A stretch of DNA of 64,000 bases from Longimicrobiales bacterium (GTDB lineage: Bacteria > Gemmatimonadota > Gemmatimonadetes > Longimicrobiales > Gaopeijiaceae): positions 1,440,001-1,504,000 of the forward strand of contig OZ241892.1 in assembly GCA_965203485.1 (NCBI GenBank). Direction: 5' to 3'. The notes beneath the pieces were generated by a model. The model made no database searches. It was not told the DNA's origin and saw only the letters and a list, made by a program, of their open reading frames with translations. Positions 9,937-19,018 of the stretch are shown here, one piece after another. Positions within the stretch are counted from its first letter, which is position 1. Each line of letters begins with the position of its first letter. The position numbers were made by a program, and so were the translations under genes.

Positions 9937-10096
9937 ATTGCTAACGATACGCCTCCACTGCCTTAGTGCCTTTTGGGGCCGGCTTCAGCCCGCATCATCC
10001 CGAACGGCCCGCGGTGAAGGGGTGGCGTGCGGCGGCCGGTAGGTTCAAGGTGCCACGCCGAGAACCGGCGACCCGCCGCACGCAAACGCCGAGGGT

Positions 10097-10126
10097 AAGA
10101 TACTGGAGGGGGACTGCTTCTGTCAA
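10097..10126 (-). promoter_or_regulatory. Probable sigma70-type promoter for giant protein 1
   Basis: Minus strand reads TTGACA (10126-10121), an 18-nt spacer, then TATCTT (10102-10097), about 160 nt upstream of the proposed start. A perfect -35 box stands out in this GC-rich background. Confidence 0.65.
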
Positions 10127-10542
10127 TAAGTCGGTGCGCGTCGAGGTTCGGCCCGACGAGGTGGCGGGCGAGGCGGGCGCGTTGCTGTGCCGCCGAGGCG
10201 TTGGAGCGCGAGCGGCGTGGACCGTTGGATGAGCGAGCGCATCGACGACGCTCGGGATCCACCGGATTCGCCATTCGCTGACCGAGCTGGTGCGGACGGT
10301 CTGCCTGCCGGCGGTCCGGGGCCGGCCCGTCAGGACGCACGGCCCGCGCCGGCTCGAACGTGCCATCAATCAAGACCGGATGGAACCTGCGTCGGCCTGC
10401 TGAGCGCGTGCTGCGAGCGCCCACCGGGTTCACGGTGCTCGGACGCCGCGTCACGACCATTGCCGGCCGCTCCGCCGCTCCGCGCCTAGCCTAGGCAGAG
10501 CGCCCGTGGAAAGACTTGTAGACACGGCTCGGTCTCGCGTAC

Positions 10543-12138
10543 CTAGTCGGTCAGCCCCGGCGATGCGGCGCGTACGGCGTCTCGGGCCTGCCTAGCGAAT
10601 CCTGGACCGTAGCGCATCGCGTACTGGAGCGGCCCCAGAACGCGTTCCTGCGCCTTGCCGTCCGGCCAGAGGTTGACCTGGGCCTTCTCGAGCTGGCCCA
10701 GCACGGTCGAATTCTTGCGCTTCACGGCCCGCGCAATCTTCTTTTCCAGCGCGTGGAGCGCAGACAGGGTGGCGTTCCTTGCGCCCTCGACTGCACCCTG
10801 CAACGTCGGATCGATGTCGCCGACCGCCCCGGCCAGTTCGTCGGCCTTCGCCGCAGTTGCCTTGCGCCAGCCCAGCAACGGCTCGCTTGCGGCGTCCGGC
10901 ATTCCCTCGCGGGCGATACGGCTCGCGACGGCCGCGCCGTCCTTCGCCTCGGCGGCCGACAGGCCGAACTTGTCGAGCACCTGGTCGACCTTGCGCTCCA
11001 CGACGAGAAGCGAGGCTCGCGGCGCGGCCACGGGAGGTTCGAGCGAGTGCACGCGGAACAATTCGCCCAGCTGCCCGAAGTACGCGAGCTCCGCCGGGCC
11101 TCCGACGTAGGCCAGCGTCGGAAGCAAGTAGCTCTCCACCACGGGACGAAGCAGCACGTTCGGAGACGCCGGGAAGTCGCGGCTCCGCAAGAGGTCGCGA
11201 ACCCGGCGCTCGGCAAGCTCCTTGCCTGACCGGCGCAATCTGAACCCGCTTGACACGCGTTGCAGGCGGTCTCGTCCGTCGGGGGTGTGGAGGAACACGT
11301 TGAGCGCACCGTCGATCAGGGGGACTTGCAGCGCATAGCCGGCGCGCTTCAGCCGGGCGGCGGCGGCGGCCAGCGCCGCCTCGCTGCGGCCGGGATGATC
11401 CGTCTCCGCTTGCAGCAGGGGCAGCGCCGCCTCCCTCACAGTGGGCTCCGAGGCGTCGACGAAGCCGAGCGGCGCGTCCTCGAGCAGGCTCGCAAGAACA
11501 TCCGCGTAGGCGGTGGCCATGGTGGCCTCCGGGCCGTGGGTCCGCCGCGCGAGAGCGAGCGTCTCGGCGAAGAAGTCGTTTGGGGGCAAGAGACCCGCGA
11601 GCTGGTCCACCAGCGTCTGGGCGCCCGGGCCGAGGGGGATCCGCGCCAGCGACGAACGGCCCTCGCCAGGGACGCCCTTCAAGAACATTCGGTGCAACTG
11701 GTTGGCGCCGTCGACGAAGTGGGCGCGGGCGGCTTCGTTCCAGTCGTGGTCGTCGGATGCGATCCAGAACAGCGGCATCACCGGCTTGCCGGTGGCCTCG
11801 CCAAGGTCTTCGGCGAGCCGTTCGGCGGAAAGGGCCTTGTAGAGGCCGTACAGCGGTCCACCGAACAGGCCCGGTTGCTGTCCAGTCGTGACGAAGTATC
11901 CCCCAGCGTTCACTACCTCGGCGAGGCGCCGGCGGGCCGCCTTCCCCAGAGGCCGAATCAAGGACGCCGCGCGGGCCAGGCGATCTGGTCCCGCGCTCTC
12001 GTCCAGGGCCTTCGCCTTCCTAAGGTACGACGCCCGCTCCGACGGCGAGCCGAAGTAGAACTCTCGAGCCGAGCCGGCGCCCGCCAAGTAGTCGCGCACA
12101 AGTCGCGGTCCGCCCAGGGGCCGGGCGACGAAGCGCAT
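10543..12138 (-). CDS. bshC: Bacillithiol biosynthesis cysteine-adding enzyme BshC (531 aa)
   Basis: Motifs VTTGQQPGLFGGPLY..YKAL, FWIASDDHDWNE, SPNVLLRPVVESYLLPTLAYVGGPAELAYFGQL and QERVL. True start MRFVARP at ATG 12138 overlaps the upstream stop (TAATG); the track's 772-aa version is over-extended. Confidence 0.93.
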   Translation of the reverse strand: MRFVARPLGGPRLVRDYLAGAGSAREFYFGSPSERASYLRKAKALDESAGPDRLARAASLIRPLGKAARRRLAEVVNAGGYFVTTGQQPGLFGGPLYGLYKALSAERLAEDLGEATGKPVMPLFWIASDDHDWNEAARAHFVDGANQLHRMFLKGVPGEGRSSLARIPLGPGAQTLVDQLAGLLPPNDFFAETLALARRTHGPEATMATAYADVLASLLEDAPLGFVDASEPTVREAALPLLQAETDHPGRSEAALAAAAARLKRAGYALQVPLIDGALNVFLHTPDGRDRLQRVSSGFRLRRSGKELAERRVRDLLRSRDFPASPNVLLRPVVESYLLPTLAYVGGPAELAYFGQLGELFRVHSLEPPVAAPRASLLVVERKVDQVLDKFGLSAAEAKDGAAVASRIAREGMPDAASEPLLGWRKATAAKADELAGAVGDIDPTLQGAVEGARNATLSALHALEKKIARAVKRKNSTVLGQLEKAQVNLWPDGKAQERVLGPLQYAMRYGPGFARQARDAVRAASPGLTD

Positions 12139-12875
12139 TACGCCACCGCCACGAGGATGCAACGCGGGGACTCCGGCGACCACGGCGCTTGGTCGTAGCC
12201 GCCGAACTCGAAGCGCGGACGGAGACCTGCAGCCGCCAGCATCGCCTGCAGGGTGCGCGGCTCGTGCAGGCGGACGCGCTCCACGAACTCGCGGCCGGGA
12301 AGCCCTGCGCCCGGCCCGATCGTGATCCGCTTCTCGACGATCCGGCCGCCGTCCACCAAGCGCCTGCGTTGCGTGACCACCCTGCCGGCCACCGTCGTCT
12401 CGTCGTCCTCCTTGAGATTGGCCGTGACGTAGCCGACGTTCAGGAAGTCGAGCAGGAACACGCCGCCGCTCACGACGACCCGGCGAACTTCCCGAAGCAC
12501 TCCGAGGTCGTCCGCCTCGTCGTCGAAGTAGCCGAACGACGTGAAGTAGGAAGTTACGACGTCGAACGTCCCGGTCCCGAAGGGGAGCCGCCGCATGTCG
12601 CCCCGGGCCAACGCGGCGTCCGGGGCGGTTCGCCGGGCGGCCTCCAGCATGGGAAGCGAGAGGTCCAAGCCGGTCGCGCGGTGGCCGGTGCGGCCGAGTT
12701 CGGCCAAGTGCCTGCCAGCGCCGCAAGCAAGGTCGAGCACGCGGGCGCGCGATCCTGCCGGAACGGCCACCTCCAGGAGCTTGACGGCGCGGCGCGCCTC
12801 TTCGCGGTCGCGATGCGGATAGAGAGCCAGGTACTCGCGCCCGAACCATTCGCCGAACCACGAGAGCCGATTCAT
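12138..12875 (-). CDS. Class I SAM-dependent methyltransferase (245 aa); candidate bacillithiol N-methyltransferase (NmbA-like)
   Basis: Motif I VLDLACGAGRH, GDMRRLPF, FTSFGYF, and N-terminal WFGEWFGREYLALYPHRD. ATG at 12875 overlaps the rlmH stop (ATGA). Translationally coupled to bshC. Confidence 0.85.
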   Translation of the reverse strand: MNRLSWFGEWFGREYLALYPHRDREEARRAVKLLEVAVPAGSRARVLDLACGAGRHLAELGRTGHRATGLDLSLPMLEAARRTAPDAALARGDMRRLPFGTGTFDVVTSYFTSFGYFDDEADDLGVLREVRRVVVSGGVFLLDFLNVGYVTANLKEDDETTVAGRVVTQRRRLVDGGRIVEKRITIGPGAGLPGREFVERVRLHEPRTLQAMLAAAGLRPRFEFGGYDQAPWSPESPRCILVAVA

Positions 12876-13336
12876 CGCGGTCCCTTGTGGTAGGGCTCGT
12901 TCCGGAGGATGGCGCCGGCGCGGTAGAGCTGTTCGGCGAGCACTAGCCGGGCGAGGTCGTGCGGCAAGGTGAAGCTGGAGAGGGACAGGGTCCGCTCGCA
13001 CTCGCCGCGCAACCGTTCCGAGAGCCCGAACGCGCCGCCGATCACGAAGTGGACGCCGCGTTCCGATCCCGTCGCCGCCCGCTCCAGCCACCGCGCGAGT
13101 TCGGCGGACGAGAACGGATCGCCCTCGCGCGACAACGCCACGCGCAAGTGTCGCGCCCGCAGCTTGGCCCGAATGCCCGCCTCCTCCCGGGCGATGACTT
13201 TGCGGGCACACCTGCCCCTGCCCTGCGGGGCTTCGACGGCTTCGAAGCGCCAGTAGCGGGCTGCCCGCCGTTCGTATTCGCGAACTGGCGCAGCCAGCAA
13301 GCCGGGCTTTCCCACCGCCACTACGCAGATACGCAT
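12872..13336 (-). CDS. rlmH: 23S rRNA pseudouridine-1915 N3-methyltransferase RlmH (154 aa)
   Basis: MRICVVAVGK...FVIGGAFGL...LSLSSFTLPHDLARLVLAEQLYRA..ILRNEPYHK, the SPOUT/RlmH signature. Confidence 0.93.
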   Translation of the reverse strand: MRICVVAVGKPGLLAAPVREYERRAARYWRFEAVEAPQGRGRCARKVIAREEAGIRAKLRARHLRVALSREGDPFSSAELARWLERAATGSERGVHFVIGGAFGLSERLRGECERTLSLSSFTLPHDLARLVLAEQLYRAGAILRNEPYHKGPR

Positions 13337-14400
13337 CCCGCGCCCGCTTGCGCGCCGGCCGCAGGGCGCGGCCCCGGTTCCGCGCGCCGTCGGCCCACCG
13401 CGTGCGCCAACGCATCTGCGAGCGCAGTCGGAAGAGGTCCGGCGACGCGAAGCCCCACTGCGCGCGCGCCCGGCAAGTCGTCCCGCCACTGCGCCAGCTT
13501 GACCGCGTCCTTTTCGGTGCACGCGAGCGCCCGGCCCGCCCGCCGCTTCCGCAGCGTCGCGACGTCGGCGGCCGTGAAGTCGTGGTGGTCCGGGAAAGCC
13601 ACCAGTTCCAGGCGAGCGCCGCCCAGCAGCGTCCGAAGGCCCGAAGCGAAGGCGGCGGGCCGGGCGATCGAGCAGACCGCCATGACCTCTCCCGCGGGCG
13701 CGTCGGCCGGCCCGCCCGCGAGATCCGTCCACGGTCCCATCTCCATGCGCACGGCCGCCGAGGGAACGCCGGGCGCCAAACGCGCCAACAGGTCGCGCCA
13801 TGCCCGGGCGGCCCCCGCCCCCGCCGTCCGGCAGGTCACTAGAACGTGAGTGGCCCGGCGCACGGCACGCAACGGCTCGCGGTACGGCCCCCGGGGCAGC
13901 ATCCGCGCGCGCATCGAGTCCTCGGCCGCAACCAGAACCACGTCGATGTCGCGGGCGAGGATCCGATGCTGGAAGCCGTCGTCCAGCAACGCGATCCGGT
14001 GGCCCCGCGCCCATGCGTGCGAGACCGCCGCGCACCGGTCGCGTCCGGTGAAGACGGCATCCGCCCCGGCCCACCGCCTGTGCAACGCGGCCTCGTCGCC
14101 GTAGCCGCGGCTGACCACGGCCGCGCGGATCCCGGCCTCGGCCAGCCAGTCCGCCATCCAGCGCACGACCGGCGTCTTCCCCACGCCCCCGACCACCAGA
14201 TTGCCGACCGACACCACCGGCATGGGCGCCGCAACCGGCCGGCGCCGGTCGTGCCAAGCGTTCCTGGCGAACACGCCACATCGAAACGCTTGCTCGGCCG
14301 GCGCCAGCAGCGGACCCAGCCAGCGCGGGGCCGGACCGTCCGCCCGGTCGCCGCCCCAAACGCCCTGCACGGCTCGCCCGAGCGCTGCCGCCATCGTCAT
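13321..14400 (-). CDS. lpxK: Tetraacyldisaccharide 4'-kinase LpxK (359 aa)
   Basis: PVVSVGNLVVGGVGKTP, SRGYG, LDDGFQH, LPRGPYRE, FPDHH and TEKDAVKL. ATG at 14400 overlaps the lpxB stop. Confidence 0.93.
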   Translation of the reverse strand: MTMAAALGRAVQGVWGGDRADGPAPRWLGPLLAPAEQAFRCGVFARNAWHDRRRPVAAPMPVVSVGNLVVGGVGKTPVVRWMADWLAEAGIRAAVVSRGYGDEAALHRRWAGADAVFTGRDRCAAVSHAWARGHRIALLDDGFQHRILARDIDVVLVAAEDSMRARMLPRGPYREPLRAVRRATHVLVTCRTAGAGAARAWRDLLARLAPGVPSAAVRMEMGPWTDLAGGPADAPAGEVMAVCSIARPAAFASGLRTLLGGARLELVAFPDHHDFTAADVATLRKRRAGRALACTEKDAVKLAQWRDDLPGARAVGLRVAGPLPTALADALAHAVGRRRAEPGPRPAAGAQAGAGCVSA

Positions 14401-15566
14401 GCCGCGCTTCCCTGCGCGGCTTCCGCCACGACCTCCTCCGCCAAGTCGGCTACCCGCGCGGAGGCCCCCGGGCACCCCAAGCCCGCCCGAACCGACGCCA
14501 GTCCCTTCAACATCTCGCGCCGTTCGGGCGACGCCGTGTCCAGGAGCGGCTCCACCGCCGACGCCAGCGCGCCGGGCCGCGCCTCGCCCTGCACGAACTC
14601 GGGCACGACGCGCCCGCCCGCCACCAAGTTGGCCAACGCCACGTGAGGCACGCGCACGAGCCGCCTCGCCAACGCGAACGTCGCCGGGTGCGCGACGTAG
14701 GCCACCGCGAACGGCATCGCCGCCAGCGCCGCCTCCAGCGTGCTCGTGCCCGACTTCACCAGGCCCGCCGTGGCGAGGGCACGGAGCGACGCGCCGTCCT
14801 CGGTGCGCGGAAACGGAAGCCGCCGGTACGCCTTGTCCGCCAGCGACGCGGCCTTGCCCACGACCACTTGCAGCCCTCGCACGCGCTCCCGCAGGACCAT
14901 GGCCGCGTCCGCGAACGGTTGGGCGTGCCTGGCGAGCTCCTGCGGCCGCGATCCCGGAAACAGCGCCAGCACCGGCCTCCTCCGGTCCAGTCCGAGCGCG
15001 CGGGCCAGCCCGTTCGGGTCGGCGCGCAGGCGGCCGTCCAGGAGCGGATGCCCGACGAAGACCGCGCGCCCGCCATGGCGCTGGTACAGGGGCGCCTCGA
15101 AGGGCAGCACGAGCGCGATGCGGCTTGCGGCCCGGGCCAGCCGCCGCGCGCGTCCGGCTCTCCACGCCCACACTTGAGGCCCGATGTAGTACAGCACCGG
15201 CACGCCCAGCCGCGCCGTCGCCGTCGCGATCCGCAGGTTGAAGCCGGGGTAGTCGATCGGAATGACCACGTCGAAGCGTCCGCCCGCGACCCGGCGCTTG
15301 ATCTCGGCTTCGAGCCGGCGAAAGAACACCAGCTTGGCCGCCACCTCGGCGAAGCCCATCACGGCCAGTTCGTCCAGTCCGCGCAGCAGTCTCACGCCCG
15401 CGGCCTCCAGGCGCTCGCCTCCGAGGCCCGTCATTTCCACGCCGGGCCAGCGTCGCCGGAGCTCGGCCGCGACGAGGGCGCCGTGGGCGTCCCCGGAGGC
15501 TTCGCCCGCGAGGATCATGACTCGCCGCAGCGGCCGCACGCCCCGCGGCACCGCAGAGGCGGCCAT
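14397..15566 (-). CDS. lpxB: Lipid A disaccharide synthase LpxB
   Basis: ILAGEASGD, AVMGFAEV, IDYPGFN, YYIGPQVWAWR, LPFE, FVGHPL, LFPGSR and SGTSTLE. Confidence 0.95.
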   Translation of the reverse strand: MAASAVPRGVRPLRRVMILAGEASGDAHGALVAAELRRRWPGVEMTGLGGERLEAAGVRLLRGLDELAVMGFAEVAAKLVFFRRLEAEIKRRVAGGRFDVVIPIDYPGFNLRIATATARLGVPVLYYIGPQVWAWRAGRARRLARAASRIALVLPFEAPLYQRHGGRAVFVGHPLLDGRLRADPNGLARALGLDRRRPVLALFPGSRPQELARHAQPFADAAMVLRERVRGLQVVVGKAASLADKAYRRLPFPRTEDGASLRALATAGLVKSGTSTLEAALAAMPFAVAYVAHPATFALARRLVRVPHVALANLVAGGRVVPEFVQGEARPGALASAVEPLLDTASPERREMLKGLASVRAGLGCPGASARVADLAEEVVAEAAQGSAA

Positions 15567-15577
15567 CCGTCAACCCT

Positions 15578-15712
15578 TCAGAAGGCCCGGCCGAGGTACC
15601 ACGCGAGCGCGAGCACCAGGACCAGGAGCGCACCGAGCTTCCAGGGCGGCGCGCCCCTCTTGACGTCGATCCACTCCCGCTTACGACGTCGTCGAGCGCG
15701 TATGAGCGACAT
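15578..15712 (-). CDS. Putative 44-aa single-pass membrane microprotein (below the ORF-track cutoff)
   Basis: Hand translation: MSLIRARRRRKREWIDVKRGAPPWKLGALLVLVLALAWYLGRAF*. Basic N-terminus plus one hydrophobic helix, GC3-rich codons. Fills the gap between the oxidoreductase and lpxB and overlaps the upstream gene by 32 nt. Confidence 0.6.
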   Translation of the reverse strand: MSLIRARRRRKREWIDVKRGAPPWKLGALLVLVLALAWYLGRAF

Positions 15713-16697
15713 GCTCCTCGATCTGCCGTTCGACGGCCAGCGAAAGTTCGAGCGCGCGGCGCCCGTCGTCGCCGGTCACCGGCGGCGGGGCAGCTCCCGC
15801 GACCGCGTCGCGAAACGAAGCCAGTTCCGCGACGAGCGGCTCCGGGCCCGCGCCGCGAATGGGAATGCGCTCCACCACGGACTCCAGCCCCGTCGCGTCC
15901 TCCAGGGCCCGGGGCGGCCCTTCGCCGAGCGCCGCGGGCCCGCCGTGCTTGAGGCGGTAGAAGTCCCCCTTCCCCGCCGCCAAGTCGAGCGACAGGTATC
16001 CCGACGACTGCCAGACGCGGAGCTTCCGCACCCGCTTCACGGATATCCTGCTCGCGGTCAGATTGGCCACGGCGCCGCCCTCGAAGCCTATCCGGGCGTG
16101 CGCGACGTCCACGTGCGCGGTGAGCACCGGCACGCCCGCCGCCAACACGCTGTCGGCGGGCTGGTTGGTCAAGGTGGCGACCAAGTCGAGATCGTGAATC
16201 ATGAGGTCCAGCACGACGGCCACGTCCAGCGACCGGGGCGTGAAGCGGGCCAGGCGATGGCTCTCCAGGAAGAGCGGCCGCTCCAGGTAGGGCGCGGCGC
16301 CGGCCACGGCCCGGTTGAAGCGCTCGACGTGGCCGACCTGCACGACGGCGCCGTGGGCCCGGGCCGAGGCGAGGATGCGGTCGGCGCTCGCGAGCGAGTC
16401 GGCCAGCGGCTTCTCGACCAGCACGTGCACGCCCCGGGAAGTGGCGGCGCAAGCCACTTCCTCGTGCGCGTTCGTGGACGTGGCGACGATCACCGCGTCG
16501 CTCGCGTCCAGCAGGTCCTCCAGCGACGAATGCAACGGGACGCCCATCTCGTCGGCGATCGTTCGTCCGCGCGCGGGATCGGCGTCGTAGACGCCCGCCG
16601 ACTCGACCCCGTCGAGACCGCGGAGCACGCGGGCGTGATGGCGCCCCAATGCGCCCACGCCCGCGACTCCTATCGCCGGACGGCTAAAGTCGCCCAC
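15681..16697 (-). CDS. Gfo/Idh/MocA family NAD-dependent oxidoreductase; probable GnnA-type UDP-GlcNAc 3-dehydrogenase
   Basis: GVAGVGALGRHH, HVLVEKP, VQVGHVERFN, DLMIHDLD and ANLTASRIS. Located between lpxA and lpxB. Confidence 0.85.
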   Translation of the reverse strand: MGDFSRPAIGVAGVGALGRHHARVLRGLDGVESAGVYDADPARGRTIADEMGVPLHSSLEDLLDASDAVIVATSTNAHEEVACAATSRGVHVLVEKPLADSLASADRILASARAHGAVVQVGHVERFNRAVAGAAPYLERPLFLESHRLARFTPRSLDVAVVLDLMIHDLDLVATLTNQPADSVLAAGVPVLTAHVDVAHARIGFEGGAVANLTASRISVKRVRKLRVWQSSGYLSLDLAAGKGDFYRLKHGGPAALGEGPPRALEDATGLESVVERIPIRGAGPEPLVAELASFRDAVAGAAPPPVTGDDGRRALELSLAVERQIEEHVAHTRSTTS

Positions 16698-16701
16698 GGC
16701 T

Positions 16702-17511
16702 TCAGAAGGTGATCCCTCGTTCGCTGTTGCGGATGAAGTCGAGAAAGTAGCGCACCTCCGGACAGGCCAGCTCCGGATCGGCGTCGGCCAGCTCGATTCC
16801 CTGCGACGGGCCGGCGCCGGACTGGAAGAGCAGCCTGTACGCTTTCTTGAGGCGGCGCCGCGCGTCGGGCGAAAAGCCCTTGCGCTCGAGCCCGACCTTG
16901 TTGAGGCCGTACAGCTTCGGAGACGGATTGCCCACCACGCTGCAGTACGGAGGCACGTCCTGCGGCACCCGCGATCCGCCGCCCACGAAGGCGTACGCGC
17001 CGATCCGCACGAACTGGTGGATCGCTACCAGGCCGCTGACCACCGCGCCGTCGGCGATGTTCACGTGGCCCGCCATGTTGGTGGCGTTCGAGACGACCAC
17101 GTGGTTGCCCAACTCGCAGTCGTGGGCGATGTGGGAATACGCCATCAGGAGGCAGTCCGAGCCGACCACGGTGCGGCCCGACGCCGCAGTCCCCCGGTTG
17201 AGCGTGGCGAACTCGCGGATCACGGTGCGGTCGCCGACCTCGAGATAGGTCTCTTCGCCCTTGAACTTGAGGTCCTGCGGGTCGGTGCCGAGCACCGCGC
17301 CGTTGGCGACGAAGCAGTTCGTGCCGATCGTCGTGTTGCGCTCGACGTAGGCGCGCGGGCCGATCCGCGTGTTGGCGCCGATGCGAACGCCCGGGCCGAT
17401 CACGGCGAACGGACCTACTTCGACGTCGTCCGCGAGTTCGGCGGCCGGGTCCACGATGGCGGTCTCGTGGACGACGGGCGCCGACGTCCGCGCGAGCGAG
17501 GCGCTCCTCAC
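16702..17511 (-). CDS. lpxA: Acyl-ACP--UDP-N-acetylglucosamine O-acyltransferase LpxA (269 aa)
   Basis: Hexapeptide repeats, PQDLKFKGE, IREFATLNRGT, HIAHDC, HQFVRIG, GLNKVGLERKGF and C-terminal RGI. GTG at 17511 overlaps the upstream stop (GTGA). Confidence 0.95.
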   Translation of the reverse strand: MRSASLARTSAPVVHETAIVDPAAELADDVEVGPFAVIGPGVRIGANTRIGPRAYVERNTTIGTNCFVANGAVLGTDPQDLKFKGEETYLEVGDRTVIREFATLNRGTAASGRTVVGSDCLLMAYSHIAHDCELGNHVVVSNATNMAGHVNIADGAVVSGLVAIHQFVRIGAYAFVGGGSRVPQDVPPYCSVVGNPSPKLYGLNKVGLERKGFSPDARRRLKKAYRLLFQSGAGPSQGIELADADPELACPEVRYFLDFIRNSERGITF

Positions 17512-18794
17512 CGGTCCATGATCCTGGCGGTCATCTCCGCCTGGGCGACCAGCCGGCCGTCGACCGTGCCCGTGCCGCGCATCTTGCACACCTGGCGCCG
17601 AAAGTGGAGCATCTCCAGCTTGAAGACGAGCTGGTCGCCTGGCACCACCGGACGGCGCCACTTCACGTTGTCGAGCGACATGAAGTAGACGACCTTGCCC
17701 TCCGGATCGTCGACCGCGTCCATGAGGAGCAGTCCCCCCACCTGGCCCATCGCTTCGACGATGAGCACTCCCGGCATGATCGGATGCTCGGGAAAGTGCC
17801 CCCCGAAGAAGGGCTCGTTGATCGTCACGTTCTTGAGGCCGACGATTCGCTTTCGCGACTCGAATTCGAGGACGCGGTCCACGAGCAGCATCGGGTAGCG
17901 GTGCGGCAGGCAGTCCATGATGCGCCGCACATCGATCGCCCCGGCGCCCGGGCCGCCGCAGTGGCGTTCGCTGATCGCGGAGGCCAGCTTGAAGTTGCCC
18001 GCGTGGCTGGGCTTGTCGGCAACGACATGGCCGCGGAAGCGGCTTCCCAGCAGCGCCAAGTCGCCGACGATGTCGCCCGCCTTGTGCCGCACGAACTCGT
18101 CCGTGAAGCGCAGGCCGTCGTTCATGACGCGGGCGTCGTCCAGCACCACGGTATTGTCCAGCGACGCGCCCAGCGCCCGTCCGCGCGCGTGCAGCGCGTC
18201 CGCGTCGGCCTTGAAGCCGAACGTCCTGGCGCCGGCCAGCTCCTCGGCGAACGAGTTGCCGGTCGCGCAGTAGGAGCCGTGCTGGCGCCGGATGGCCGGA
18301 TGCGGATAGTCGATGGTGGCCGAGACGCGAAAGCCGTCGTCCGGCACGGCCACGTACGAGCCGACGCGTCCGTCCCCCGCCGTGACCGGAGCGGACAGGC
18401 GGACGACAGACGCCGGAGCACGCTGCGACTTCACTCCCGCCTCCGTCACCGCCGCGACGTAGGGAGCGAAGCTGCCGTCGAGGATCGGCGGCTCGGGCCC
18501 GTCGAGCTCGACGAGCGCGTTGTCGACCTCGAGCGCGGCCAGCGCCGCCAGCACGTGCTCCACGGTCATGACCTCGGCGCCGTCGCGGCCCAGCGTCGTG
18601 CCCAGATCGGTGTGCGTCACGCACTCCAGGCGGGCCGGTACCTCCGGAGCTCCGGGCAGGTCCGTGCGCCGAAACCGCACCCCGAACGAGTCCGCCGCGG
18701 GCTTGATGCGAAGCCGACTCCGTTGGCCCGAGTGAACGCCGATCCCTTCAAGCGCAACCTCGCTGGCGAGAGTCTGCTGGCGCTCTGCGGCCAT
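17508..18794 (-). CDS. lpxC: Bifunctional LpxC deacetylase / FabZ 3-hydroxyacyl-ACP dehydratase fusion (428 aa)
   Basis: LpxC part: QQTL...[42 protein letters not shown]. FabZ part: [41 protein letters not shown]. Start MAAERQQ at 18794. Confidence 0.95.
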   Translation of the reverse strand: MAAERQQTLASEVALEGIGVHSGQRSRLRIKPAADSFGVRFRRTDLPGAPEVPARLECVTHTDLGTTLGRDGAEVMTVEHVLAALAALEVDNALVELDGPEPPILDGSFAPYVAAVTEAGVKSQRAPASVVRLSAPVTAGDGRVGSYVAVPDDGFRVSATIDYPHPAIRRQHGSYCATGNSFAEELAGARTFGFKADADALHARGRALGASLDNTVVLDDARVMNDGLRFTDEFVRHKAGDIVGDLALLGSRFRGHVVADKPSHAGNFKLASAISERHCGGPGAGAIDVRRIMDCLPHRYPMLLVDRVLEFESRKRIVGLKNVTINEPFFGGHFPEHPIMPGVLIVEAMGQVGGLLLMDAVDDPEGKVVYFMSLDNVKWRRPVVPGDQLVFKLEMLHFRRQVCKMRGTGTVDGRLVAQAEMTARIMDR

Positions 18795-19018
18795 CGGCGG
18801 AACAGTTGAATGAGGGTCAAAGAGCCGTGGAAGGAGCATCCTGGGCGGCCGACCCCGCGAACGAGGCGACGGGGCAACCAAGGAATCTAGCAGAACCGCT
18901 GGGCTCGCCCCCCGGCGCCCTGGCCAGGAGCGGGCCGAGGCGACCGGGCCGAGCAAGCCGGTACAGAGCGCCGGGCCGGGCTTCGATTCGTTGCGGCGTT
19001 CGCCGGTGCGCCCCTCCG

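Noticed and set aside
325..9966. Plus-strand ORFs 325-3999, 5728-7071 and 7972-9966, and minus-strand ORF 5687-9196
   Set aside because: Antisense or alternate-frame shadows of giant protein 1, with low-complexity Arg/Gly translations.
9963..10489. Short ORFs in the bshC-giant gene intergenic region
   Set aside because: No recognisable motifs, mutually overlapping frames, and the region contains a plausible promoter.
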